A DNA stretch of 62,179 bases, counting the filler, from Kipferlia bialata (taxonomy: Eukaryota), in NCBI GenBank assembly GCA_003568945.1. It is 4 parts of 4 records of this genome, joined end to end, with 100 filler letters (N's around TTAATTAATTAA, not from the genome) between each part and the next. Parts side by side here need not be neighbours in the genome. Positions count along the whole stretch, not along the records: positions 1 to 18,974 come from BDIP01000448.1; 3 more parts are not named here. One strand, given 5' to 3'. This document shows positions 1-13,500 of this stretch, piece after piece. Numbering within the stretch: position 1 is the first letter of the stretch; each line of letters starts with the position of its first letter. The notes below the pieces were generated by a model that did not search any database, was not told the origin of the DNA, and was given only the letters and a program-made list of their open reading frames with translations. The translations under genes and the position numbers were made by a program.

Positions 1-50
<50 letters not shown>
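1..50. repeat. (CT)n microsatellite
   Basis: Directly visible. (CT/GA)n, (AT)n and (GT/CA)n tracts recur throughout the introns. Confidence 0.95.
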
Positions 51-51
<1 letters not shown>

Positions 52-124
52 CTCTATCTATGTGTTTCTCGCTGCCTAACACCAAGTGTGTCTCCAGCAC
101 ATCCCCTTTGATCAGAGGCAGCGC

Positions 125-161
<37 letters not shown>

Positions 162-168
162 ACATCAG

Positions 169-576
169 TGTGTCTGCAGCACATACCCCTTGAGCAGAGG
201 CAGCGCATCATAGACCTCCAGCTGGCTGTGGATGCCATGCCCCTGCCGCACCCAACAGGTACACATATATGTAATGTATATATATAGTGTACTGAACTAT
301 ATATACATATTATTAGCAAGGGCTGTGGATGTCATGCCTCTGCCACACCCAACAGGTATATAGGCATATACATATATAGTACTATATATGTATATATATT
401 TGTATTGATATATATAGATATCTATACATTATGTAATATATGTATGTATAATGGCTGTGGATGCCCCTGCCACACCCCACAGGTACAATATATATAGTAG
501 TCGATAGTGTACTGAATTATATATATATACATTTTAGCATGGCAGTGGATGCCCCTACCACACCCAACAGGTACAA

Positions 577-612
<36 letters not shown>

Positions 613-3600
613 GTTATATATGTGTGTATATCATGGCTGTGGATGCCATGCCCCTGCCACACCCCACAGGTATATGATATAAATATGAATATAGAGTTTG
701 TGTATACTGCATAGCTCTTTATATATACTAATATGTAATTATAATCTTGTGTGTTTGAAGTATGTGTTTACGTATTGTCAACTGGCGCTCTCAGCAGGTA
801 TCTATCTTTATGTGTTGTTCATGTTGCTAACCCTTAGGCCCCCGTAACCCTGTCATCTCTGTCATCAAGGCCATCTATGACCCTGCCAGTCCATGCTGCT
901 ACAGGGCTATCCAGGTAGATATGTATACTGTATATTGGTACATAGTATATATGTGGTATATACTCTGATATATGACCCTGCCAACCCATGCTGCTACAGA
1001 GCCATCCAGGTAGATATGTATACTGTATATTGGTACATAGTATATATGTGGTGTATATATGTGGTTGGGTGTGTATACTCTGATATATGACCCCGCCAAC
1101 CCTTGCTGCTACAGAGCCATCCAGGTATGGACTCATATGCGCATACTCTTTATATAGTATATATAATACTCTTGGCAATATAGTATTGTCAGACACAAAT
1201 GGGCCATCCATGTAGATATGTATACTGAAAATTGGTACACACATATTATTGTGTGGTGTTTGGTGTATAGAAGGACCGTTGGTCATATGATTATGGTATC
1301 CTGCAAATACTGTTGCTCACCCCAGATCGTGACCCGGGTCAGCAACAAGCTAGTCACCAAGGTATACAAGTGACTATTATTAATAATTCAATTCATTAAT
1401 ATTTTACTCAATTTAACTTAACATAATTTTTTGATGTTATATTCTACTTAGCTAGTCAGTGACTAGTAGTCACCAAGGTAGGCAAGGGGTAGTGTTTCAC
1501 CTAGACATTTATTGCTGTGTATTCTTGACATACAGAATTCACTGAATTCATTTATGTGTTCTACTTGAATATTCTGAGATTGTGGTTGTTTGTGTGGGAG
1601 GCACTCTCTAACACTGCTGGTATATTTTATTTATATTTTTTACTTTTTTCTATATTTATACTAACCCCAGATCCGCAAGCAGATGCACAAGCCTAGATCC
1701 AGCACACCAAAGTCCAAGGTCACAGCCCCTCTGGATACACCCATGACGGAGGGAGAGAGGGAGAGAGAGGGGGAGAGAGAGAGGGAGAGAGAGAGAGAGG
1801 GGGGGAAGGGTAATGAGTCACTCCTCTTCCCAGTGCTGTCTCAGACACCCCCACTTGGCACTGTGTCTCTCTCTCCACCTACAGCCAAGGGGGAGAGAGA
1901 AGCAGAGGGAGAGGGAGAGGGTTCATTCACCCCCTCCATATCTCTGGATGAGTCTCCCTCTCCAAGGAGAGAGAGAGAGAGAGAGATGCCCACCATGGAG
2001 ATCGACACTGTTGTCGTCGACTCCACTGTGCCTGTGGATGTCAAGAGGCATGGGAGAGATGTGACACAGGCTAAGGCAGAGAGAGAGGGAGAGGGGGAGA
2101 GAGAGACTGTGTCCACAGAGCCAGTTGGTGATGTTGAGATGGTCACTAGAGAGACGGCTGAGCCTGTATCCACGGGTGTAGTTACAGCAGAGGATGCTTG
2201 TGAAGATGTGTCCATGGGTAGAGAGTCTGAGGGAGAGGCCTCCACCACGCTGGATCCTAAGGATGTGTCACTCCTTGCCCTGTGGCCATCCAGTGGCAAG
2301 TGCTGCTCCAGACAGTGTCTCTCCACATACCCCATGGGAGATGGTGTGAGCGAGAGAGAGAGGTCGAGGAAGAGAGCAGACCTCATGGGCAAGCGCATGG
2401 ATATGCAGGTATCTATCTACACTCATATGTTATGTACTCATATGTTCACCTTTGCATGAATGTGGACATGAAGAGACGTATACTATCTTTCTACACCTAT
2501 ACCCTCACCCCCAGTCCCTGTCCCCCAAGGATAAGGCACATACCATTGCACAGCTCTTCATAGACAGAGAGACGGGGGATACCATTGTCTGTCCATTGGT
2601 ACGTGTGGATACACTATATACACGATATCCCTCATTGTATCCCCCTTACTACTAGTATGTAACATAGACTCTAAATTATTACTAACCTTACATACTTTCA
2701 GTTGACATCTTGAATACTCAATTTGTAACACTAGGCCGTGCAGGTGCTGTCCAAGTCTACTCAGATGGCCACCAGATCAGCACTCAAGGATGGCAAGGCG
2801 AGGTATAGCTGAGTTGTCTCCATTCTCTGTATGATATATACATATGCGTTGATATATACATATGCTTTCAGTTTCGATTATTTAGAATTATTGTACTATC
2901 TGTCTCACCTCTCTAGCTGGGCCAAGGGCACCCTGTTTGGAGGGCTGAGACTGTCCCAGACACCACCAAGCAAGGAAGAGGAAAGGGTGGAGATACCGAC
3001 TCTCAACCCTCACACCCTCAACTTTGACAAGAGGTACATTCTCTGTTTCATCTCTATTACTGTATGTCAGTACAATCTCCCTCTGACACCCAGTCTCTCT
3101 GACTCCTAGGTACCTTCTCTCTCCCTATCTATTTGTAGTTTCTCATACCCAGCCTCCCTGCCTCCCTCTCCCAGAGAGATATGCGTCCCCTGACTGCCAG
3201 GGAGAAGGGCATCCACAGGGACGTCACAGGTAGGGAATATACGTGTTAATATGTAACTATTTATGTATGGGTATGTATAGTTAGATAGGCGACGGAGAGG
3301 GTATCCACAGGAACGTCACAGGTAGGGGAATACAATACACATATATATTTATTAATAGAAGTGTTCGTGTGTACGGCCATATACTATATGTGTAATATGT
3401 ATGCACTCACCCCAGCCCTGCTGGCCACTCTGTCAGACACAGATATATATATCTACACACACGCTAATATACGTATATACCTCTATTTACACTCACACCA
3501 GCCCTGCTAGCCACCCTGTCCGATGATGAGCAGGTGGCTGTGTTCCACCAGTGGATCAGAGACGCCAGGTGGGTCCAAGTGTTTAGAAAATCAACCATAT

Positions 3601-6600
3601 TATAAATATTATATCTGCATTTAGTATCTGGAAGCTCTTACCCCAGGGCGAAGAAGAGAGAGATTGCCGGCGGTGTGTCCACTGCAGAGGCAGAGTCTGT
3701 CAAGCGCGAGATGCCTGCTGCTGCTACCAAGCCAGTCGTTGGAGGCAAGAGGGAGAGAGAGGGGGAGAGAGAGAGACCCGGTGCCAAGAGAGTACCCAAG
3801 ACCAGCGCTGGCAAGCCTACTGTCAGTAAGGCTCCTGGTGTTACCAAGTCTGCTGTTACCAAGCCTGCTTCCAGTAAGCCTTCAGTTGCCAAGCCTGTTC
3901 CAAAGGTATGATAGTTACTGCATATTCATTCAGCTACTCCACTAAAGAATCAGTATCTAAAGTATGTATATGTTGCACTATTTAATGTATATATGGATAC
4001 ATGATTCTATTTTCTTTGCGGTCTGACTCTCCAGGTCCCCTCCTTCCCCACCACGCCCTGCTGTGTGGGTAGGCGCTGTCTGATATCCTATGGCACTGAC
4101 ACTCCATCTCCCATTAGGGCTAGGACAGAGCTCATGGCATCCATCCAGCAGCACCAGCTACAGGTGGCCAGGGAGTGCAAGGGGTCAACAAGGGCGGTGA
4201 GTCATAATATATATATGTATATATATATATAGGGTATGTTAGTGTATGTATCCAGCAGCACCAGCTACAGGTGGCCAGAGAGTGCAAGGGGTCCACAAGG
4301 GTGGTATGGCATATTTGTATGTATAATACACACACACACATGTATATATATATTTATAATGTTGTATATGCATCCAGCAGCACCAGCTGCAGGTGGCCAG
4401 AGAGTGCAAGGGGTCCACAAGAGCGGTATGGCATATTTGTATATATAATACACACACACACATGTATATACATATATAATATAGTATATGCATCCAGCAG
4501 CACCAGCTACAGGTGGCCAGAGAGTGCAAGGGGTCAACAAGAGCGGTATGGCATATGTATATATAATACACACACACACATGTTTATATATATATAATAT
4601 AGTATATGCATCCAGCAGCACCAGCTACAGGTGGCCAGGGAGTGCAAGGGGTCAACAAGGGTGGTAAGTCATATACATACATATATATATATATATATTA
4701 TTCATCCACCAACTCCAGGCCAACCAGTGTCGTGCTGCTGTTATTCTAGTATTAATAGTATTGCTTAATTCNNNNNNNNNNNNNNNNNNNNNNNNNNNNN
4801 NNNNNNNNNNNNNNNNNNNNNNNNNNNNNNNNNNNNNNNNNNNNNNNNNNNNNNNNNNNNNNNNNNNNNNNNNNNNNNNNNNNNNNNNNNNNNNNNNNNN
4901 NNNNNNNNNNNNNNNNNNNNNNNNNNNNNNNNNNNNNNNNNNNNNNNNNNNNNNNNNNNNNNNNNNNNNNNNNNNNNNNNNNNNNNNNNNNNNNNNNNNN
5001 NNNNNNNNNNNNNNNNNNNNNNNNNNNNNNNNNNNNNNNNNNNNNNNNNNNNNNNNNNNNNNNNNNNNNNNNNNNNNNNNNNNNNNNNNNNNNNNNNNNN
5101 NNNNNNNNNNNNNNNNNNNNNNNNNNNNNNNNNNNNNNNNNNNNNNNNNNNNNNNNNNNNNNNNNNNNNNNNNNNNNNNNNNNNNNNNNNNNNNNNNNNN
5201 NNNNNNNNNNNNNNNNNNNNNNNNNNNNNNNNNNNNNNNNNNNNNNNNNNNNNNNNNNNNNNNNNNNNNNNNNNNNNNNNNNNNNNNNNNNNNNNNNNNN
5301 NNNNNNNNNNNNNNNNNNNNNNNNNNNNNNNNNNNNNNNNNNNNNNNNNNNNNNNNNNNNNNNNNNNNNNNNNNNNNNNNNNNNNNNNNNNNNNNNNNNN
5401 NNNNNNNNNNNNNNNNNNNNNNNNNNNNNNNNNNNNNNNNNNNNNNNNNNNNNNNNNNNNNNNNNNNNNNNNNNNNNNNNNNNNNNNNNNNNNNNNNNNN
5501 NNNNNNNNNNNNNNNNNNNNNNNNNNNNNNNNNNNNNNNNNNNNNNNNNNNNNNNNNNNNNNNNNNNNNNNNNNNNNNNNNNNNNNNNNNNNNNNNNNNN
5601 NNNNNNNNNNNNNNNNNNNNNNNNNNNNNNNNNNNNNNNNNNNNNNNNNNNNNNNNNNNNNNNNNNNNNNNNNNNNNNNNNNNNNNNNNNNNNNNNNNNN
5701 NNNNNNNNNNNNNNNNNNNNNNNNNNNNNNNNNNNNNNNNNNNNNNNNNNNNNNTTAATAGTATTGTTTATGCTATATGTATACTAAGTCTAGGCCAACC
5801 AGCGCCGTGTTGCCCTGAGAGAGGCATTCATAGAGACACACTTCGTAGACACCACTACTAGGAAACTCAAGATGTGCAACCAAGCTGTGGCCACTCTCAG
5901 TACGTGTCACATATGTGTATATATGGTACTGAAAGTTTAGTTTTTAGTTTAATTATTATTAATTCATAATTATTAACCAAGCTGTGGCCACTCTCAGTAC
6001 GTCTAGAGATGTATATGTATCTGTGGATGGCTGTCTATTCTGTGGTACACATAAGATATATAATAGTGTCTCACCCAAGTGCAGTAATCTGCCCCTGTCA
6101 TCAGTAGCCATATATATCCATATTGTATATATATAAATATATATATATATATATTATTATTATTATATAGATAGGAATAGTGTCTTTGAGAAGTCTAGTA
6201 CTTATACCTCACCCAAGTGCAATGCTCTGTCCCTGTCATCAGCAGCCAAGTATATCCATATATATATATATATACTATTACTACTATTATTAATAAATAG
6301 ACTGAATAGTGTCTTTGATAAGTATTGTACTTATGTCTCACCCAAGTGCACTGCTCTGCCCCTGTCATCAGTAGCTCTCTCCTGAGTATCAACAGGAGAG
6401 CCAAGGCCACATCCAAGACAACTGACAAGGGGAGGGAGACAGACCGCAAGAGAGAGACTCTGAAGGGCCTGCTCAGGGACCCTCTACTGGAGGAGAAGAC
6501 AGCTAAGCCTAGTGCCCCTGCTACAGCTAGCACCGTGCAGAAGAGACCTGCAGGTGCCAGGAGGGTCAAGGAGGTCCAGTCTAAGGTGGACACCAGGAGG

Positions 6601-9600
6601 AAGGGGGGTAAGGCCAGCGCTGCCAGTACTGTCAAGCCTGTCAACGTGGCCAAGGGCACTATGGGCACCAAGATTGCCCAGTCTATCTCTCTCCCTGTCC
6701 ACAAGGAGTACCCACCAGTGCAGATCACCCTGATCCCAAGGTGAGTATGCCATTGCATTCATATATATGCACTCACATTCTTCACATATGATGATAAATA
6801 TTCTCACTACAAGCTCCCCCGTTTCAGACGCCTCTGAGTCTGAGAGGTCCAAGGACATGTCACCCGCAGCAGAGAGGCTGGAACTCGACATCCAACAGGG
6901 AGAGGTCACTCGCACACAGGTATATATAGTACATATATATAGTATATAGTATATGTGTGCAGTGAGTACTGATACCCAGGATCCAGAGGACTCTGCCAGC
7001 GATGTCTCCTCTCTCCTGCCCTCCCAGGAGATACTCTCTAAGACACTGGATGTGGGAGATGCCCTTCTAGACGATGTCATGGGTGGAGAGGGAGAGAGAG
7101 AGAGAGAGGAGAGTGCCGGGGAGGGGCTTGTTGAGGCCATACCCCAGTCTGATGCTAAGGCACAGGCTGTATCTACTGTTGGTACCCCTGCCCTGCCCTC
7201 AGTGCCGCAGATGTCCCCCCCAGAGACCACCTCTAAGGGCCAGGATGCCTCCTCAGTCAGTGATGTTGTGGATCCTAATGTAGAGGGGCAGAAAGAGACT
7301 GCAGTAGAGGCTGCATCTGACGTAGCAGTGGAGGCAGAGGCCAAGGAGGCTGCTGGGGATGTCGACATGGCACCCAGTGTTGAGGCCGTACCTGCTCTGC
7401 TCTCAGTGCCACAGGTAGCCCCTGCAGAGAACACCTCCGATACTGCTGTGTGTGAGGAGGGTGTTGTCGCAGCTCCCACTGAGGTTGCAGCCACTACTAG
7501 TCCATCATCCACCACCACCCACATATTGGGTAATGGTGACAAGTACACCGGTGGCTGGATGGACTGCCTACCCAATGGCCAGGGCACCCTGTGGCACCAG
7601 GATGGCAGGAGGTACGAGGGTGCGTTTGTGGCTGGTAGTATGGACGGGTATGGGGTGTGTGTCTACCCCGGCGGTGCTCAGTACGAGGGAGAGTGGAGGA
7701 ACAGCCTCCCCAATGGGGAGGGTACACGGGTAGATCCAGCTGGTACCTACACTGGCGGGTGGAAGGACGGACTCAAGCATGGGGTCGGGAAGCATGTCAC
7801 CAGCTATGGAGGTGTGATTGAGGGAGAGTGGAAGGCCGATAAGCTACACGGACATGCCAGTATCGTGTGGCCTAGTGGGGAGAAGTATGTGGGCCAGATG
7901 GAGGAGGGCAAGTACAGTGGGTTCGGGACCTTGTCCTACCCTAACGGGTCCAGGTATGAATTCAACTGTTGGTTACATTGATATGTGTTTCAGTGTGTTG
8001 ATTTGTACTTAGTAGTCACACTGACCCCAGGTAATAGTATAATATATATTGTCATATATACTGTCCCCAGGTATGAAGGCGAGTTGTAGTTTAAGAGACA
8101 CAGTGAATGACGTGTGCAAGAGTAGATTGTATCTGTATGTCATATATCAGTGTTGCTGACCCTCAGGTATGAGGGCGAGTGGGAGTTTAAGAGACGTGTA
8201 AGAGTGGACTATATCTATATATCATATATCTACTGACCCTCAGGTATGAGGGCGAGTGGAGTTGCTGAGGGCGAGTGGAGTTGCTTGCAATTTGTATTTT
8301 GTGGTATACACATATATATATACTGACCCCAGGTATGAGGGGGAGTGGAGGGAGGACATCAGGCACGGCAAGGGTACCCGCATCAAGGCCAGTGGGAAGG
8401 GGTACACAGGGATCTGGGTGGAGGGAGAGTGTGTGACCAAGAAGCCCCTCCCCACCCAGTCATCTACCACCACTCCCACTACCACTCCTGAGGACACACC
8501 CCTCATCACACGCCACACTCTGGTTAAGACTGCAGTAGCATCTGTAAGAACTGCAACAACTGTAGGAACTGATTCTGAGCCTATCGGGCAGGAGCAGACT
8601 GCCCCTCCCATCGAGACTGTTGTGCCTACCGGACCTGCCATGTCCGTCGAGTCCGTCGGGTCCGAGGCCTCCGTCAAGGCCAGTGTGTCTGCTGGCTCTG
8701 CATCTGTGACTACTACTGAGGACGACACTCCCCTCATCACCCGCCACTCCCTCCACGGCAGAGCACCAATATCATCTACTCTCAGTGCTGTCACAGCCGT
8801 GTCAGAGGGCAGTCAGAGAGAGAGAGAGAGTAGTCCTCTGCAGACCAGCATGTCTTCCATCAGTACCATGTCTGTTCTGACCGAGGAGCAGGGAGGGGAT
8901 GTGGAGATGACCGCCAAGGCCGTCGAGGACGTCGAGGACGTCGCTCCCGTCAAGGATGACGTGTCTATGGTCGTCGAGCCAGTGACAGAGACTACGTCTG
9001 CTGTGGCCCCTGTGGACGCTGCATCCTCTGTCGTAGATACCCCTGCAGATGCCTCTATGCCTAAGCAGGTGGAGGCAACTACTGATGCATCAGAGCCTAA
9101 GCAGATCAGGGAGATAACTGCTAGCTCTGAGCAACCTAAGGGTGCAGAGGTTGCGGAACTGGTCAAGTCAGAAGAGACAGTGATGAAGGCTGAGGCCCCT
9201 GCTGCTGGGGACACTGTGATGGTTGAGACACCCCAGGAGACAGAGAGAGGGGAGGCTGCGAATGGTGTTAAGACAGAGGCCCATGCCAACACTGTAGGGG
9301 AGAGAGAGGGAGAGAGTTCTGTCAAGACAGAGGATCAGGGACAGGGACAGACAGAGGCAGAGGCTACTCCTATAGAGCCTCCTACAGAGGCAAAGGCCGA
9401 GGAGGAGGAGGAGGAGGAGGGGTCTGACTCTTACTCTTACTCTGAAGGTAATGTAGTTTCAACAATGGTCCATCTCATTCATTATCAATACTGCTACACT
9501 ATTGATATAGTATATAGTATATGTGCTTCCTATCATCTCACCCCTCCAGAGTCTGAGACCCCCTATGAGACTGCCTCGAGAGAGAGGACAGAGCTGCTCC

Positions 9601-10346
9601 AGGCATCTACCCTGCCCAGCCACAGGTATGATCATTACAAGGGCTGGAATTATTCGCCAACTTCTTATATATATTGTATATATAGTAATATACATAGCAT
9701 TTTATAGGTATCGCTGCTCCAGGCATCTACCCTGCCCAGCCACAGATATATAATTATATAGTATAATTTACTAAATAACGATTCCACTGTGAATATGTCT
9801 ATATAGAACGCCTCTTGACATCTGACCCAGGTGGATACTTGATTATGGATATTATATCCGATATATATATACAATATATATATATGTATATAGTATTCTC
9901 ACCCCAGTGGTTATATGATTAAGGATATTTTATATTATATTAGCATATATATAGTATTCTCACCCCAGGTGGAGACTGACCCTCAAGAAGGTCGACATTG
10001 AGTCTATTGCATATACTATATCCTCTCATGTATATGAATATATATATATATTATTTATATAGTACTCTGACCCCAGGTGGAGACTGACCCTCAAGAAGGT
10101 CGACGAGTACATCATCACAGTGGTAAGTCGCAACATATTCTCTATCATATGTATATACTACTCCTACTTACCCACTTTCTTCTGTATTATTTCCATATAT
10201 TGTTTCATAATTCATTATTGTATTCATGTCTCATATTCCAGGCTAGGTTAGGCCAGGACCCCTCTGTCCACTCTGAGGAGTGGACCCAGCTGGTGGCCAG
10301 GGCATTCACAGACAAGAAGACAGGGGAGCAGGATGGTGCGACTCAT

Positions 10347-10380
<34 letters not shown>

Positions 10381-10466
10381 TGAGGAGGAGAGAGAGAGAG
10401 AGTGGACCCAACTCGTGGCAAGGGCATTCACAGACAAGAAGACAGGGGAGCAAGATGGTACGACTC

Positions 10467-10519
<53 letters not shown>

Positions 10520-13500
10520 TTTAGAGAGAGAGAGAGAGAGGGGAGAGGGTGGCAAGGGCAAATACATACAAGAAGACGGGGAAGCAGGACGGTACGGCAT
10601 GCATCAGTACAGCGTTGTCTGAATGTATGTGTCTTCGTGTTTGGTTCTCACCCCCAGTACCTGACTCTGTGATTGACCAGGTCATTGCCCACTCTAGGGT
10701 CATTGGGGCCAAGCAGGTGGAGGGGATCGAGAGGGCCCAGGTGAGATTAGCTCCATATGCCTTATGACTATATGAATATGTGTGTACACATTAACTTTGA
10801 TGCATATTATACGATATGAAGAGACTCAGACCAAGCAGGTGGAGGGGATCGAGAGGGCCCAGGTATGTAATAGTATACAATCCTATTACATGTAATAATA
10901 GCGAGTATATATATACAATAGTATGGGTATGGGAGCCAAGCAGGTGGCGGGGATCGAGAAGGGTCAGGTGCGTATACAGTTCCCTATGCCTTATGAATAT
11001 GTATAGATGGATACTGTGATTTGAAGTCTTCTATGTAGTACTCACTACAGGCCGACAGGCTGCGCAGGCAGCGGGAGAGTTTCAGAATACTAATAGTATT
11101 ATCTGATCACTATACCATATATACGTGTGTTCCTGTGTCATACTTACCATAGGCCGACAGGCTGCGCAGGCAGCGGGAAAGGGAGGAGAAGGCGTCCATC
11201 CGCAAGATGGAGACTGAGAGGAAGGAGAGAGAGAGAGAGGAGCGCTCCCGTTCCTCCAGCTCATCACCTCCCAAGTCGCAGAAGGCAGCCCCGAAGGTAG
11301 GATTTATTAACATATATATGTGTGGGAGAGTGTATGTGTGTATTTTCTATGCTACTCATCGCCTCCCAAGTCGCAGAGGGCAGCGCCTAAGGTTAGTCAG
11401 GATATGAGTTAACATATGTATATGTATGTTAATATATTTAGTATGCCATTTGCTAGTGCAACTCCATAGTACTGTATAAGTATACAGTCACACTTTCTAT
11501 ACAGTGGCACTGATGTATCTTAAGATGCCATCTTTTGCGTGTCTACAGTGTACAGTAACAACGTGTGATTCACAACCACACAATTATCTCTCTTCACTCT
11601 GCGGCTATGCCACATACCCTTACACTGCATGTTGCACCACACACTATCATGGTAAGTAAGGCGCACTTCTGTCACTGTGTAATATACTCTATTGGGTGGA
11701 AAGTGAGTAGAGATGTTATGTTTGGTCTCTCTTCTTATGTATGGCCTCACCCACCAGCCCAAGGCTGCCAAGGCCCCTATATTCTGTGAGGCGATAGTTA
11801 GATGTGTTATGTGTGATCTCTTCTCTAAATGAATGTCCTCACATCATCCTTGTATGTGTCTCTTTATGTAAGTGTTGGTATATGATATATCTCTCTGTAT
11901 TTGGCTGCCCTTACATCAGCCCAAGGCTGCCAAGGCCCCCACCCCCAAGGCTTGGTCTCTCTCTCCCTATCTCTCTATATCTATCTCTCTCTCTCTTTCT
12001 CTCTGTATGTATGTCCTTACATCAGCCCAAGGCTGCCAAGGCCCCCACGCCCAAGGCCGCCACCCGTGTCATCAAGAGGATATCAAAGAGCAAGAGGAAC
12101 GCCCCAATGACACAGGTGGGGCATTAAATACAACATGTATCTATACTGTACAATTGATTTTGCATGGAATACCACATGTATATGCACTGTTCAATGAGTA
12201 GATATATATATATATGGAGTATAATTAAATAGCAAGAGGAACGCCCCAATGACTCAGGTAGGGCATGGAATACAACATGTATATGCACTGTACAATTGAT
12301 TTTGCTTCATGCTACGCGAGTAGCTATATATATATATATATATGGTGTATGAGGAAAGAGCAAGAGGAACGCCCCAATGACACAGGTAGGGCATTGAATA
12401 GCATGTATCTCTTCTTGTGAAGTCGTTTGCTATATTATTATTCTTCTGTGTGATATACTAACCCCAGGCCGAGCTCTGTCTGACTGCTGCCCTTGGACTC
12501 AACCTGGGTATGGGTATCCTGCAAACGCGTATATATATATATAGTTATAGTGTATACATATTGTATAGAGTGTGTGTGCATCAGTAGTGATATGGATGCC
12601 CTTGGACTCAACCTGGGTATGTGTTAGTGGATGTATATATATAGTTATAGTATATATAGAAGGTATATAACGTTGGTGTATCAATGATGACATGCATGCC
12701 CTTGGACTCAACCTGGGTATGTGTTAGTGGATGTATATGTATACGCTATCAGTAACTATATAGATGTATGAAGTATGATATCAGTAATGACATGCATGCC
12801 CTCGGACTCAATGTGGGTATGGGTATCATGTGTATACATGGATAGATATAGTGGATACAGTAGTAGATGCAATTAGTATACGTATGTGTACATGTACATG
12901 TACATGTACATGTACATGTACATGTATATAATATCTCTGATCCCTAGGCCTGGGCCCCAGTGCCGCTGACAAGGAGAGGGAGAGGGAGAGGGAGGCAGAG
13001 GCAGAGGCAGAGAGAGAGAGACTTGCCGAGGAGGCCGAGAGAGAGAAGGAGAGAGAGAAGAGGCTCAGGGCTGCCAAGGACAGAAAGAACAAGAAGGAGA
13101 GAGAGAAGAGAGCGGCACTCAAGCTCAGACTGGAGCAGGTGGGTGACTGAGTGTTCTCAAGTATCTATTCACTTATCCACCCATTCTACTTACTCTCTAT
13201 TGTATGTGTATATACATACTATTGTCTCACCCCCAGAAGAAGGAGGCTGACCGCCTTGCTGCCGAGCACAAGGAGAAGGAGAGGGAGAGAGAGAGACAGA
13301 AGGAGGAGAAGGAGAAGGAGAGGGAGAGGGAGAGAGAGAGACAGAAGGAGGAGAAGGAGAAGGAGAGGGAGAGAGAGAGACAGAAGGAGGAGAGAGAGAA
13401 GGAGAGAGAGAAGGAGCGGCTGCGGAAGAGGGCGGCAGACAGAGAGAGGGAGAGAGAGAGACAGAAGGAGGAGGCTGAGCGTGAGGCAGCCTCCAAGTCT

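Noticed and set aside
223..673. Repeat-spacer-repeat arrays resembling CRISPR
   Set aside because: The repeats are copies of the adjacent exon end with GT donors. They vary in length and sequence, the spacers are AT microsatellite, no cas genes are present, and the context is eukaryotic.
838..1130. Ciliate-style scrambled gene with pointer repeats
   Set aside because: Exons are in order and join by ordinary GT-AG splicing with no need for DNA rearrangement. The repeats are surplus copies, not paired pointers.
4132..4621. Repetitive Y/I/C/V-rich short ORFs here and throughout the window
   Set aside because: They are translations of (AT)n and (GT)n intron sequence and echo arrays.
4761..5861. 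366-aa ORF in the ORF track
   Set aside because: Almost entirely X residues from an N gap.
6484..7587. Long antisense ORFs (also 1841-2398 and 8813-9325)
   Set aside because: They are shadow frames opposite long GC-rich exons of gene A; the + frame carries the MORN motifs and consistent splice sites.
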